The translations under genes were made by a program, and so were the position numbers. Source: Moniliella sp. 'wahieum' (Eukaryota). Taken from it: a stretch of DNA of 64,000 nucleotides. Under the pieces are notes generated by a model that saw only the letters and a program-made list of their open reading frames with translations, made no database searches and was not told where the DNA came from. Every line of letters starts with the position of its first letter. Within the stretch, counting starts at the first letter, position 1. Shown piece after piece: positions 12,198-24,788 of this stretch. Location of the stretch: the NCBI GenBank assembly GCA_003971905.1, contig RSEE01000025.1, positions 248,001 through 312,000 of the forward strand. Reading direction: 5' to 3'.

Positions 12198-13773
12198 ATG
12201 GCTCGTACCACTCGCCGCGCCCCCTCCTCCCGTGCCCCACGCGGATCGTCTGGTATGTTCTCAACCTTCACCAGTGTCTCTTTTGTTCCCCCTGTCCCGA
12301 CTCACTGACCGTCTCTCGCCCGTGGTTCGCCCCCTGCCTCTAGGACGCGTCACACGCAGCAAGAAGACCCATGTTGACAACCCTGAGGATGTCGAGCTGC
12401 AGCTCAACTCTCAACTACGTGCGATGGGATTGTATGCGGCCGACACACTTGGCGATGGCAACTGCCTTTTTCGGTATGTGTTCTCACGGGACTTCTGCGC
12501 CAGGGAATTGTACCCTCTCGACAACTGGACGGAGTCAACTAACCCTTCTGTGTGCTCGATAGTGCTCTGTCTGATCAGCTTACGGCTCACCTGGATGGTA
12601 TGCACGCCTCCGCTCCCAAATCTGCGACTACCTTGCCGCGAACCCAGAGCAGTTTGCTGGTTTTGTCGATGGCAGCTTTGATGCATATGTGGCCAACATG
12701 CGCGGAGAATGGCACATACGGCGGCCATGTGGAACTGTCTGCGTTTGCGCAGTTGAGCCTCAAGCGCATCAAGGTCGTTCAACCCAAGCTTGTCCTCGTA
12801 GTGACGGGGGAAGAAGATGAAGCGTCCGAACAGGCTCGTACCCGGCGGGAGGAGGAACGATCTCGTGCTCTAGCTCAGGCGAGCTCGATGGATCGATCCA
12901 CACCATGCCTATCTCCTTAGCTGCCGGCGAGCGGCAGCGGAGGCGACTCCGTCGTCAGTCCCAAAAGGAGGGACAGCCCCCGGAAGACACACTCAGCGTA
13001 CTTTCTGTGCCACTTGAGAGTGTTGGACCACTTTATATTGCCTACCACAATTGGGAACATTACAGCTCGGTTCGAAGCCTGGGCGGTCCCCACACTGGCC
13101 TTCCCAGGATTCACACGTCTGAGCCCCACCCTTTCAGAGGATGAGGCATCTGTGCTTGCTGCCCCAGCGTCCGACACAGAGAAAACTCTGGATCCGACTG
13201 AAGACGAGAAGCGTGTGCTGCGCTGCCTAGTCCGCCCTCGTTCTGTTGAACAAATCCGCGCCTTACTCGCAGCATGACTTCAACTCAGTTGTCGAGATGT
13301 TGACCGAAGAAGATGCCAATTTCGCGACCGACGAGCCGATCGACAGCTCGTCCCGCTCCGGGTCCGTATCAACGCCCGCCACGGTGGTCGACGAACTTGA
13401 AGATCCTGGACAGAAGAACAAGCGGCTCTCCACCACTGATCTTGACGACCGGGGGAATAAGAGGCGATCGCACAGCCCTTTGACCCCCCCTTTACTATCA
13501 TCCTTTGTCCTGAAGGAGCCACTTCTTCGACCTCTTCATCTGTCGGGCGCACCGACACACCCGAACCCAAGCCCTGTCGCCGTTCGCCGTCTCAAAGCAG
13601 TGACCCGGCCTCCTCGACCGACCGCACGGGAACGTAAACAGGTCAAGACAGTTGAGAAGGCCTTGACGAGGAAAGCTGCTGCAACGCGTCGTACCAATGG
13701 CAGAGTGGTGTCACCGGAGCCTTTGCCCACGGGCCCGTTGGCCGTTGAGGGTTTTCGTGAACTCAAGATCTAA
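12198..13773 (+). CDS. OTU-domain cysteine protease (deubiquitinase)
   Basis: LRAMGLYAADTLGDGNCLFR|ALSDQL (catalytic Cys box), GTYGGHVELSAFA, LYIAYHNWEHYSSVR (His box). Introns ~12253-12342 and ~12474-12562. Confidence 0.9.
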
Positions 13774-14120
13774 TTAGCCTGGGCGCTTGGTCTTGTGTTA
13801 TTTGGGCGTCACGCTTCTTCATGAGTCCTTCCTACATTGCATCGTATTTGTCGGTGTGTCTGTCGACTACTAGCGAGCCTGTTGCATCTGTTGGCCTCCT
13901 GTCAACTTCACTTACATCTGCATTTCCCTTTCAGCCGTCCAATTTGTCCTTGCACATCATGCATCTTTACCCCCCACCGCCCCACCCTTCTGTCCCTTTT
14001 ACAATGCCTCTGTTGCGGAGCGCTTCTGTCAACACCCAAATTATAAGATAGACTGGCGTACATAAGAGCCGGAGCCATAGAGAGATACAAGATGCATGTA
14101 GCGTCACTACCACCCAACGC

Positions 14121-14729
14121 TCAATACGGACGCTTCATCTGGCGGCGGTTGCGAGGAGGCACCTTTTCGCCGGGACGCACCTCGCCGCGCACACGGTAGC
14201 CGTGCTGGACGCGGTCACCATGGTAGCGAACGACCTTCTTGCTCTTATCCTGGTAGGCAATACGGCGAATGTTGTAGCCTTGGCGGTAGCGCTCCATGGC
14301 CCAGAGCACGTATTTGCGATCCCGCGTGCTCAGCCCCATCTCCTCCAACTCCTTGCTGGACAGGTGAAAAAAGCGGACCAATCCTGGGGTAGTGCCTCGG
14401 TGAAGCCCGAGTCACCAGCCAAATTTCGCCGCGGTAGGCGGGTGATGGCCTGGATAAACTCAATCGGGGTAGAGATTCCCTCTTGAAGAATGAGCCAGTC
14501 AGTGCGGCCAGGCAGAGAAAGGGGGTCCACATACGTGATGGCTCAGGGATGCGGCCACCGGCCGTTCGTAGACCAGGCGGAGGGCCGTGCCGTGAGTGGG
14601 GGCGGAGACAGAAAAGGCCCGCGCTGATGGCACAGCTGCAAAGGGACCCGAGGCAAAGCTCGTCCTGGGCATCGCCCTGGTCAGTGCGACTGGCCGCACA
14701 GCTGCGCACAAGCCAGTGAGGAACTTCAT
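14121..14729 (-). CDS. FYV4: Mitochondrial ribosomal small-subunit protein mS41 (IGR-motif, Fyv4-like)
   Basis: Arg/Ala-rich presequence MKFLTGLCAAVRPVALTR; ISTPIEFIQAI; FFHLSSKELEEMGLSTRDRKYVLWAMERYRQG. One intron ~14483-14550. Confidence 0.8.
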
Positions 14730-15139
14730 CGTGTCCCCGATGGTCGTTGCTGGCACCGCGCAGTCGCCCACCAGCGTGCGCCTCATCAATTCTTCGCAGT
14801 GCTTTGGGATGGATGCGGCGGAATCACAAATTGAAACAATTCCCGGGTTTCTCAAATTGAAACTCCGCTGACCGACTGCCGCTGATTCTGCCGATGAGCG
14901 ATTCTGGCCATACTCATCCGTTCTCCTTGGATCGAGGATCCCTCCCACACTCTCATCTGTATCCATATCTCGGCCGGGGGAGAGAGTTGAAGTGAACGTT
15001 AAACCTGAACAAGGGATACCGCTTCGCTCAATCAACCAGCGTTTGCTTTACAAGCTGTGGGCTCCACCCTCACGCATGCTTCATGAGCGATACCTTCCAG
15101 CAAGTAATCGATACCTGGGAATGTGGTTTATTAAGGCAG

Positions 15140-16640
15140 GGATGGCACAGCTGGGACCTGGACCATGGATTCAATAACACCTACTCATACGCTCGATCGA
15201 AAGAGATACAGCTCATCGGCCAAATATGAGCCCCCGTGGTTTCACACCGAGGCGAAGCCACCAGTCCATCTGCAATTTCTGGGACCGAGCCACAAACCTG
15301 TACTTCTTCTCGACGTTGGGAGGAATAACCGACTTGAGTGCCACCACTCGTTTGATGACCTTATTGATCCTGCTAAAGTGGATTTGCTCTACTGTGATCG
15401 CAGGCGCAGACGCCTCGACAAATCGAACACCTCAGCCGCACGCTCCAGCGCCTGTTCCAAGAGAGGGTGCAAGTTAGTCACCAACCCGCCACACGCAGAT
15501 ACAGAGGAAGAAAATACACACGCCGAACGCGATGCCTTCCTTGCTAAGGAAGATACGCTGCAGCTCGAATCGCCAAGCCCTAATCTGATCGGCGGTGTTC
15601 ATATTCCCAGGCGCACTAGTCGTATGAACAGCAACGGTCAAGACGCATCGGTAGCAACTGTCAAAGACCATCGGGCTGCTCAGTAGCGGCAGCCGAGGCA
15701 TGAGCTGAGGAGGGTACAGGCTTGGCCTTTGCGACCGCCTTGCGTTGGCGCTTGGCGGGTGGCTCTTCAGTCTCCAACGCAGCTTCCTTTTTAGTAACAA
15801 CCTTCGGAGGGGGAGGCGGCGACTGTGGCGGAGGCAAGGACCGTGGCGGAGGCGGGTTACGTGGGGGGGAGGAGGCGTAGGCGGAGGGCTGGACTTGATT
15901 GGACGCTTCTTGATTTCGGGCTGAGGCGAGGGATGAGATCATCATCATCGCTCCCGCGCATCTCGTCGCTTCCCCATATGGGTTCTTCTTCGTCTTCGGA
16001 TTTGTCAGAGGCGGGCTGCTGCTCCAACTCAGCCAATTCGGCTTTGGCCGCTTCTGATGCGGTCACGATTGCGTCTTGTTTGCGCGCCCATTCTACTGGA
16101 TCATCTCGGGCGATTTGATAGGCCGTGATTAAACTGGTGGTGAGTTTGGCGCGCACACTTTTCTTGGGGTTTATCAGAACGGCATCAATCAACTCGTCAT
16201 TGAGTGTCCCAAGTTGCGCTGCATCGTAGAAATAACTGGGAGCGGAGAGGGTACACGGGCATGGGGGAGAGGCAGGAAGGAGGTTAGTATCGCATTCAGT
16301 CAAAAGAAAAATTCACATACTAATCAGCATCGGGCATAAAACGCACGATGTACTTTTTGCCGGACTCCAGGAACGCGTCGTGCACATCCTTAGGGACTTG
16401 GTCACGGCGTACAATCTGTCGTTCACTCATCAGCTAGCAAGCTCTCGTCGGGAGTAGCAAGAAAAACAACGCACCATGGCCGGCCATTCGGATACCCTGT
16501 CAGGCGCGCCAGCACCAGATCGTCGCGGTGACTCCACGGTGGAGGGTGTTTGTTGCCAAGTGGAGACGCGTAGGGGCGGGGGGAGGGACTGCATACAAGA
16601 CGGTGGAAATGGATGGCTTGGTGGAACGACCATGAGGCAT
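15140..16640 (-). CDS. PWWP-domain chromatin protein (Pdp3/Ioc4-like) with C-terminal TFIIS-N-like helical domain; ends approximate
   Basis: VLARLTGYP-EWPAM (PWWP motif across an indel), YIVRFMPDADY|YFY, IRAWRFELQRIFLSK. Multiple introns. Confidence 0.75.
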
Positions 16641-17145
16641 GATGGCGCTTGCGATAGGTCAGACCAGAGCTCAGGCAAGGCGAAGGTGGGGGTGGTGAAT
16701 GCGCACGGCGGCCGGTGTGGGGTGCTTGGAGTGGGTGCTAGCAGCGATGGGAGTGGGGAGGGCGCAACGATGATGTTGACTCTCTGCCGAGCCCTGATTG
16801 GTACTGGCGCGCTGCTCGCCCTTTCTCGCCGCGACGCGCCCATGCCCTGCCCTCCGCACAGGGGCAGTCCTCCGTACACTGCTTACCTCATCAATCACCC
16901 CTCCTTGCCTTTCCCCTGCCGTTCCGCGTATTTAAGCTGATCTGCTCTCCCGTCCCCCGCCCCCAGCAGGCCGCCGCATAGCCCTTCGCCTGCGTTGCCA
17001 TCACACCTTGCTTCTGCCTATCGCTGCCTGACGTCGATACTCGATAGCCTGCTGTGCGCCATTTTTGCTGCGCCTTGTCCTGCTCTGCTTCTTTCGTCCG
17101 TGAACGCTACGTGAGGCCTTGACATTTTGATCTGGATCTGCCAAG

Positions 17146-17901
17146 ATGAGTAACCGCGTGGTGGTGAGTCTTGCTCTGACGGTTATCCCGTGCTGCCGTT
17201 GTACCGGTGCTCGTACTAACCCCGCATGCGCTTGCTCTACCTTGCTCTGCCTTGCACTGCCTTGCTCCACTGTCCTCGTCGCAGTCTTCGGTCTATCGCA
17301 CCATCATTGACGATGTGATCAAGAGTGTCCAACCCGATTTTGAGGACCAGGGGATCGAGAAGGAATACCTTGAGGAGCTACAGCGCTTGTGGGAGCATAA
17401 GATTATCACCTCTCAAGTGGCTGAGTTTGAAGGTGCGCCCCCTCTTCCGCCGCGGCAGAGTCGAGCGGAGCGCAAGGCGGTCGAGGCTCAGGCTAAGCAA
17501 CTAGCCGAGGCTTCCTCATTCAATGACGACGATACGACCGGTAGCAAGCGCAAGCGTTCCAGCAGCCCAACGAATGCACCCAGTAGCAAAGCCCGTGCTC
17601 CTGATCCCCAGAGTGACGAAATCGGCTCGGACCTCGACGATTCAGATGAAGACGAAGATGGGGATGGACCCGGTGCTGATGGTGCTGACGGCGACCAAGA
17701 CATGATCTTGTGTCTCTACGACAAAGTATGTTGGTCCCTTCCTGGGTTGCGGAGGTGCGTGTGCTGACCCTCGCTTGCCTTACCGCCGGGTAGGTTGCGC
17801 GCGTGCGCAACAAGTGGAAGTGCCAGTTCAAAGATGGCATTGCATCAGTCGATGGTCGAGACTATCTGTTTGCCAAGGCCAACGCCGAGCTTGAGTGGTG
17901 A
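17146..17901 (+). CDS. TOA1: Transcription initiation factor IIA large (alpha/beta) subunit
   Basis: MSNRVV|SSVYRTIIDDVI..LEELQRLWEHK..IGSDLDDSD..MILCLYDK|VARVRNKWKCQFKDGI..DYLFAKANAELEW*. Introns 17164-17284 and 17727-17793. Confidence 0.96.
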
Positions 17902-18432
17902 TCGAGTGCTCATTAATCCCACTACGCTAGACGGTTGGTGATGTTCGACTTCCTTCCCATTGCAAAACCCTGCTCACTAGGTGGGCTAGGATGCCTGCCG
18001 ATAAATACTACTTCGCCTCCATCTCCTCTCATGCGCCTCAAGCCCTACAATTCATGATGCTTGGTGTGGATCGTCAGTCCTTCCTCAGGCCACGTCCATC
18101 ATTTGATCAGGCATTAACATGTCTCAATCATCGGACACCCTACGAGTTGCAACCACTAAGATGCAGGCAGAGCATACAATTTTGGGGGTTGCCCCAGTCG
18201 AAACAAGTCGCCGGAGGGTAAAGATGCAAACAGCGGTCGAAGCAGACCAGCAAGTAACCTCACTGACACGTGGCGCACCGTGATGCATGGGGATCCTCAA
18301 CGAAGTGTTCCTGCCTAGGCACAATATGCATAGTCTCGCCTCCTCTAAACGGGAGAGAGACGAGGGGAGAGAATGAAGTGTTCACTCCAAATGGGAGCCA
18401 TCCCAGTCTGTATGAAATGAGCACAAGCGCAC

Positions 18433-18710
18433 TTAGATGTTGAGCTTAGTGCGACGCCAGTTCCGACGGAACTTGTTGTACTGGATCTTGTTGTCCGTCT
18501 TCATGCGGAACCACTGGGGGATGGGGCTGAGGGGCGAGTTAGCACGCAGCGATAGAGGGCCAGAGTTTGACCAGCCATGAACACTGAGCGGATACCAGCG
18601 GTCGGATGGTAATAGTGCGCCAGCCTGGTCCAGGAGGAGGAAACGTACCGGTTTTTCCTGCCAGCCTTGGCAAGAGTGGCCTTTGTCCGGAAGGTCTTGT
18701 GCGAAGGCAT
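18433..18710 (-). CDS. RPL39: 60S ribosomal protein L39 (eL39)
   Basis: [51 protein letters not shown]. Intron ~18527-18648. Confidence 0.97.
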
Positions 18711-19155
18711 GGCGACTGGGAAGCGTACGAGAACAATGGTCAGCACGGTGCGGGCGAAGGGATGGAGGCGAGGCGTGAAGCGGCGAGTGCTCACCTACTG
18801 TGTGGCGGTGGTATCCGTAGCTGAGAGGCAAGCGGCCAACAACCAGTGGCTATTGCGATGGTGGCGAGGCGGCATGAGCACTAGGGTTGGCGTTTCCAAC
18901 CCTATTAAAATCTGCCGCAGCGTTTCTGGTGTCACATGTCGCGTGCCATACGTCACAGGCATTACATGCAAACGTCACATCTGACAAGCCCTCGGATGCC
19001 CGCTTATGCGCTTATGCCCGTTCCTAGATCTAATTTCTGCAGGTAGACAGGCGCTCGGCCCTCGCACCGGGACATTACCTCAGCGTCGGAGGCGCTGCCC
19101 AGTGTGGCTGTCACGAGGTCACTAACCATTAATCACTGCCATGGCGTCAACGATT

Positions 19156-19182
19156 ACTAGCTACTAGTTACTAGTTACTAGT
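19156..19182. repeat. (ACTAGT-T)x4 heptamer array upstream of GSH2
   Basis: actagc t actagt t actagt t actagt. Confidence 0.85.
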
Positions 19183-19308
19183 GAATAGCGTCACGTGCTT
19201 ATCGCCGAGCTTGGGGCGGGCTCAGGCTGAGGACCTTCTGAGCCCTCGGACGGTGTGGAGAAAAGCAGTCGCGGCGCCAGCGAGTCTGAGCCTCAGGCCC
19301 ACCCACCA

Positions 19309-21019
19309 ATGGTTGACCTGCAGCTGCCCCAGTGGCCCCCCGCCGAAGCTGACGCCCGAGCAGGTGGCCTATCTGACGGCGACGGCGACCGACTATGCGC
19401 TCGCCCACGGCCTCGTCTACCGCCCGCCGCTTCCCGCCGGGGCGCCGCCCGAGGCAGTCGACGGCCGCTGTCATCCACGCCCCCTTTGCCCTCCTTCCAT
19501 CGCCCTTCCCCCGCACCTGTTTTCCCAGGCACAGCAGCTGCAGCCGGTGCTCAATGAGCTCTACGCCCGCGTCGCTGTGGACCACGCCTTCCTCCGCTCC
19601 ATCTTTGTTGAGCAGCACGTGATTGACGTTGACCAGTTCCAGCATCGCCTCTGGCAAGTCTACGAGTCTGTCCACGCCGAGGGTCTCGCGCAGCACCTCC
19701 AGCTCGGCCTGTTCCGGTCGGACTATTTGCTGGACGAGCAGTCGGATGGTCTTCCCACGAGTCTCTCGGACCCTCGGCATCAAACAGGTTGAATTCAACA
19801 CCATCTCCTCGTCCTTTGGCCCGCTTTGCAGCCAAGTCTCCCAACTGCATCGGTACCTGGCTGGCTTAACCCGCAACTATTTTGGTACTCTGGTGCCGCC
19901 GCTCTCGCATGGCTCCGAAGCGGGAGAGTCGATCCCAATTAACGATGCGACCGACACGCTGGCTGCTGGCATTGCCGGCGCCCACGACGCCTACCTGCGC
20001 CAAATCGTGCCTCGGATTCAAAAGATTCCGCGCGATCCTGTTGTGCTCTTTGTGGTTCAGCCTGGCGAGCGCAACGCATTTGACCAGCGTGCGCTCGAGT
20101 ATGCACTGGCCTTGCGATACGGCGTGAAGTCGATTCGGCTCACTCTCGCCGACCTGGCAGGCTCGGCACCTTCGAGTGATGATGCAGCCAAACTTCGTCT
20201 TCCCAACAACGAGCTGTGGTCACCCCTCCTTGGGCCAAGTGCGGGGCGGGAGAAGAGGTGGAGCAGGTGGAAGTGTCTGTGGTATATTTCCGTGCCGGGT
20301 ACACCCCTGCGGATTATGAAGGAGCTGGGAACGAGAAAAGCTGGGATGTGCGCTTGTTGCTGGAGCGCAGCCGGGCCATCAAGTGCCCCTCGGTCGCTCT
20401 CCAGCTAGCTGGCGCCAAGAAGGTGCAGCAAGTGCTGGCCCAACCTGGTGTGATGAGTCTTTCTTGCAGCCGGGCCTGGATGCCAAGGAAGAGGGTACCC
20501 AACGTTGGGAGGCCTCCACTCTGGCTCAAGTCCGGTCAACCTGGACAGCTCTACTCGCTTGACCCTGCGTCCGAGGAGGGCAAAAAGGCGTATCAGCTTG
20601 CCTTACCGAGCCAGAGCGGTTTGTGCTCAAACCTCAACGCGAGGGCGGGGGCAACAACATTTACAAAACCGACATCCCACCTGCACTTCAAGCCATGGAG
20701 AAACGGGACAAGGCTAATGCTGGCTCTCAAGCCCCCTCGGAGCGGGAGGGATACATTCTCATGTCGCTCATCCAGCCCCCCAAGGCTTGGGCAGCTTACT
20801 GGTCAAGGCGGGTGGTGGCTCAGGGAGGCAGCGCTGCCCCTGACGTCGTATCCGAGCTGGGTATATACGGCACTGCGCTCTTTGGTCGCCGGGCAGATGG
20901 GACGCTGGAAGTAGTTGACACAACAGTGGCGGCCACTTGCTGCGGACCAAAGGCCGGGACAGCAACGAAGGAGGCGTCGCCGTCGGGTTCAGCGTGATTG
21001 ACAGTCCGTATCTGCTGTG
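19309..21019 (+). CDS. GSH2: Glutathione synthetase (eukaryotic type)
   Basis: [110 protein letters not shown]. Many indels. Confidence 0.95.
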
Positions 21020-21131
21020 ATGCATCAGGTCTATGCCTTTTTCTCCTTGGAGCTCTCGGCGCTCAGTCTGAGCGCCCAACAACGCACAACTACAATGCAT
21101 AAATTGTTCGCAGATTTGCACAGGTCCAGGC

Positions 21132-22106
21132 TCACAACACAGCGTGCAGTCCCCCGGCATTTTTGGCTTCGCGCAATTTCTGAATCGCCTCCAAAGGTGT
21201 CTTTGCCTTGACTGCCGCTAACACTTCAGGGTCCGCATGAGCGGCAAGGATGAAGGGGTTATGCGTTTTCTCATCGGCCAGGGTGTATAGGTTAGTGGTG
21301 ATCCCATGTCCCTCGTTGGCCGCGTAAGTCCTCAAGCAGTGCAAGGACCCCCTGCCTATTGGGAAGTACTTCGGCGGCAAACTGGCATTGGAAGACGTGT
21401 ACTCGTGTCCGCAGCAAATCAGTGCGTCTGAGGCAAAGTGCAGATCGTGTTCAGAGCTGAAAGCATATCTTCTGCCCCGCCCTCAAAGAACGACCACAGC
21501 CAGCGACAAAAAGCGTATCGCCGGTCAAAATCACCCTGCGGATTCCAGGACCCTGGGACTGGCCTTTCGTCATCAAGCAGGACGCAAACCGAGTCGCGGG
21601 TGTGACACGGCGTCGCATACACCGTCGCTTTGATTGACGAGCCAGGGAGGTAGAAACTATCGCCGCCCTCGATGGAGTCCGTGCGGAAGGGAATCTGCTC
21701 TGAGGGTCCCCAGATGGGTGTATGCGGAAAGGCATGAGCGTACGCTTCATTCCCGCCCGTGGTCGTGGTGATGGTGGGTGGTGAGGCAGCCCGTCACCTC
21801 GTCGACCTGCAGAGCCTGAGCCCTGGCTGTCATTGAAGGCACATCAAATGGGTCCACAAAGATGGCACGCCGCTTGCCATCGTCCGAGCGGTCATCGACA
21901 ATAATGTAGCCGTAGTTGTCTTCCGTAGCGGTACTACCCACGATTCGAAACCGCCTTCAGCGTCAGATCCTCTTCAATCGAGTCACAGAGGAAGAGGCAG
22001 ACAAACCTGGCTCAACATGGATCGCTGCGCGGGGCGTGGTGTGAAGGGTGCGTACAATACGCGGGGTGGAGCGCACAGCGCTGCGCAAGCTGGCCAGCAC
22101 AGACAT
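21132..22106 (-). CDS. GLO2: Hydroxyacylglutathione hydrolase (glyoxalase II) with predicted mitochondrial presequence
   Basis: EDNYGYIIVDD..VDP; LTTHHHHDH metallo-beta-lactamase motif; TPCHTRDSVC; TGDTLFVAGCGR; CGHEYTSSN; TLADEKTHNPF; LREAKN. Confidence 0.92.
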
Positions 22107-22499
22107 GGCACTGGCAGTGGTAGGGTGGGGTGGAGCGATGGACTGTGGCAAGTGGGTGGAAGCACCGCCAAACCCCAGGAAAGAGGCCCGCGGCAGCCCG
22201 TACCCCACAGATTTCATAATTGCTGATTAATCGATTCCATATTGGTCGAGCGAGATGCCGCGGACCCAGCCGCCGAACGCACGACCACGGCACAGTGCGA
22301 GCGCCGCTATCCGAACTCAATCTCATCATCTCATCCACCATCCAACCTGTATCACCGAACGCCATTCATTGATCGTTCAGCACTCTGTTTGCGGCCTCTA
22401 GGATCTGTTCCATCTCTCGCATCCACGCTGCCCACTCGTTTCCAGCAACGCTATCGCCAACGGTGTGTTGGACGCCAGCACAGTCCACAGAGATCCTGC

Positions 22500-23946
22500 T
22501 GGAGAATCATGCTATTTCGTGATGCGCTGAATCGACATTTGGCTGGTGGACCCCCCAACCAGATCCATATTGGTCTAGCGACGCCCATAGCCTGAGCCCG
22601 GGATGTGGCTATACCTCCCCCTGCGACAGAGGGGCGAGGAATGCCACTTGTTCTCTTGCCTGCATTAGGCCCCGATGTGACCGAGGCGGTGGTGGAGGAA
22701 CGTGTGACTGGACCATTCGCCCGGGAAGAAGTTGCTACCCGGCCTGATCGCCCCTGACTGCACCCGTCATAGCACCTCTGCCCAAAGTGGAGCGGCCCAA
22801 CGACGCCCCTGCACGTGCCGAGGCAGAAACAGAAGCAGTGCCAGGCCGACCACCACGGCCACCGCGAACAGTGGAGCGGCGCGAGCCCAATCGGTTGGAC
22901 GAAGCGGCGGCTTCGGCACGTTTGCGAGCAGCTTCTTGTTGGGCAGCGTGGCGAGCCTCCTCTTCGCGTCGTTTGGCTTCGGCTTCAGCTTGGCGCTTGG
23001 CAGCCGCTTGGGCAGCTGCCGTGACTGCTTCATCATGCAAGCGCCCCTCCTCACTAATCCCCTGCCACTCAGGATCGGTGAGAAGGGTGTGAATCTGCTG
23101 CGAGCGGCGCAAAAATCAATGTAAACATCAAGGAGCTGGTTGATGTCATGCACGCGCGATGCCACAACCTAAACAAACAATCGAGGCCAGTCAGATGTCT
23201 AGAATCCCCAAACGGAGCAGCAAGGCAGAGCTATACTCACATCGATATGGTCCGCAGTACCTTGAAGCATGGCGTCGTAATTGGAAAAAACAGTGTTCAA
23301 CGCTCGCAACTGGCCAATCTCGTTGATGTATTCGTCTCGAGTTGGAAGGGTCCCATGTTTTCTGAAGCTGGCGTAGGTGCAGGCGATGCTTCCAAATCGT
23401 CCGAAGCCAGAGGCGTAGACACGTCATCCGCAAGCGAAGGAAGTGCGGATGTGCCGGGCACGGACGTGGACTGTGAGGAAGTGGTGGGACCGCTTGGAAT
23501 CCGTTTCGTGGCGGCGTACGCTGGCTTGGCAAAAGAAAACCTTGGCTTGCCCTTGCCCCGCTCAATGCCACCCAAACGAAGTTTGGATCCCGTTGCGCCC
23601 GATCCGCTGGCGCTCGTCATGGTCTGACTTGCGTTGGAGCCGGCGCCCGTGCTTGCATTCGGTTGGTCTTGCACCTCGTTCAAGGGCCACCGCGGTGGTT
23701 CAGGAAGACCATCGAGCAACCGAAGTCCCTGGTTGTGAACATCCGTTGGGGGAGGTCCCCAGCTAGGCCGCGACTTGGATGCGCGCGAAAGAGGAACCTT
23801 GGCGGGCGAAGGAGGGAGCCCGCTCGGCCCCGCCGGATTCGGCTGGGCAGTGGACGCCTTGAGGTCGTCCAGAGCGTCCGTGCTGCAGTCACAGGCCGGA
23901 CATGTCGCCGCCAAACTGAGATCGTCGGTGAAAAGAGCGGGGGCAT
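22500..23946 (-). CDS. DUO1: DASH/Dam1 complex subunit Duo1-like; both ends approximate
   Basis: Coiled segment ..VFSNYDAMLQGTADHID|VVASRVHDINQLLDVYID..RRSQQIHTLLTDPEWQGISEE resembles the Duo1 'ILSQTEH..LILNPNWQG' motif. It is followed by an E/A/R-rich coil and an RG-rich tail. Confidence 0.7.
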
Positions 23947-24788
23947 GGGTATGGATGGAGCGGTGGTGGTGGCAATCAACCGGTGTTGCCTTGCAAGGAA
24001 CGGATGGGCAAATAGCACATCCACTGCAGTGTGATCGATCACCGATCATCCTCGCTACTCATTTCACAGCTTGCGTGGCGCGTGTTTGGGGCACGCGCGT
24101 TTTAAATTAACGTGATCACGTGCAGGCGTGCGGATCGGTGTAAGAGCTGGCACGCACAATTACAACGGATTATCGATTACAGTTTTCTCACGGGTCATAC
24201 TGAGGGACCACACAAAACGGCCGGGACAGTAGCGAGGACAATGATTCTGATGGCGGTGAAGGTGGTGGTATTGTCATACGGCCGCCCCCTGTTCAATTAG
24301 GACCTTGACAGCTTTTTGTACCCCAGAGACACTGGCACAGCAACCAGTGTCCTCTGCTTCTCTCTTAGATCTTCATGTGCCTGCTGCCCGCACGCTCAAG
24401 TGCCAAACAGGCAGTCAGACAGACTAATCCCATCGACAGACAGCCACTAGACAAGCCACCAGATTGCCACGCAACAATGACACACACGTCATTCACCACA
24501 ACAAATTTCGACGAGAGACAACGAATACTGGTGGACAAAATCAAAGAAAGAGACCACAACAAAAAGGATATGCAGGGAGGATGGCCAAAAGGGGGCGTGT
24601 AAATAGAAGGAAAGACAATGAGAGCTCAGGCGAGGGGCCGATCTGACCGAACTAGGAAGGTCGCCCCCTCGTCATGCACCCACGTTGTATAGAAGAGGGG
24701 ATGAGAAGAAGAGAAGGAGAGAGTGCCAGCACCCGATGCATCAAGGCCCAGTCCCATCAGATGACCGCTCTTGATGACCCTTCTGACT

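Noticed and set aside
5369..18710. Mating-type locus suggested by the HMG gene plus RPL39
   Set aside because: No pheromone precursor, STE3 receptor, homeodomain, STE20 or similar gene is visible.
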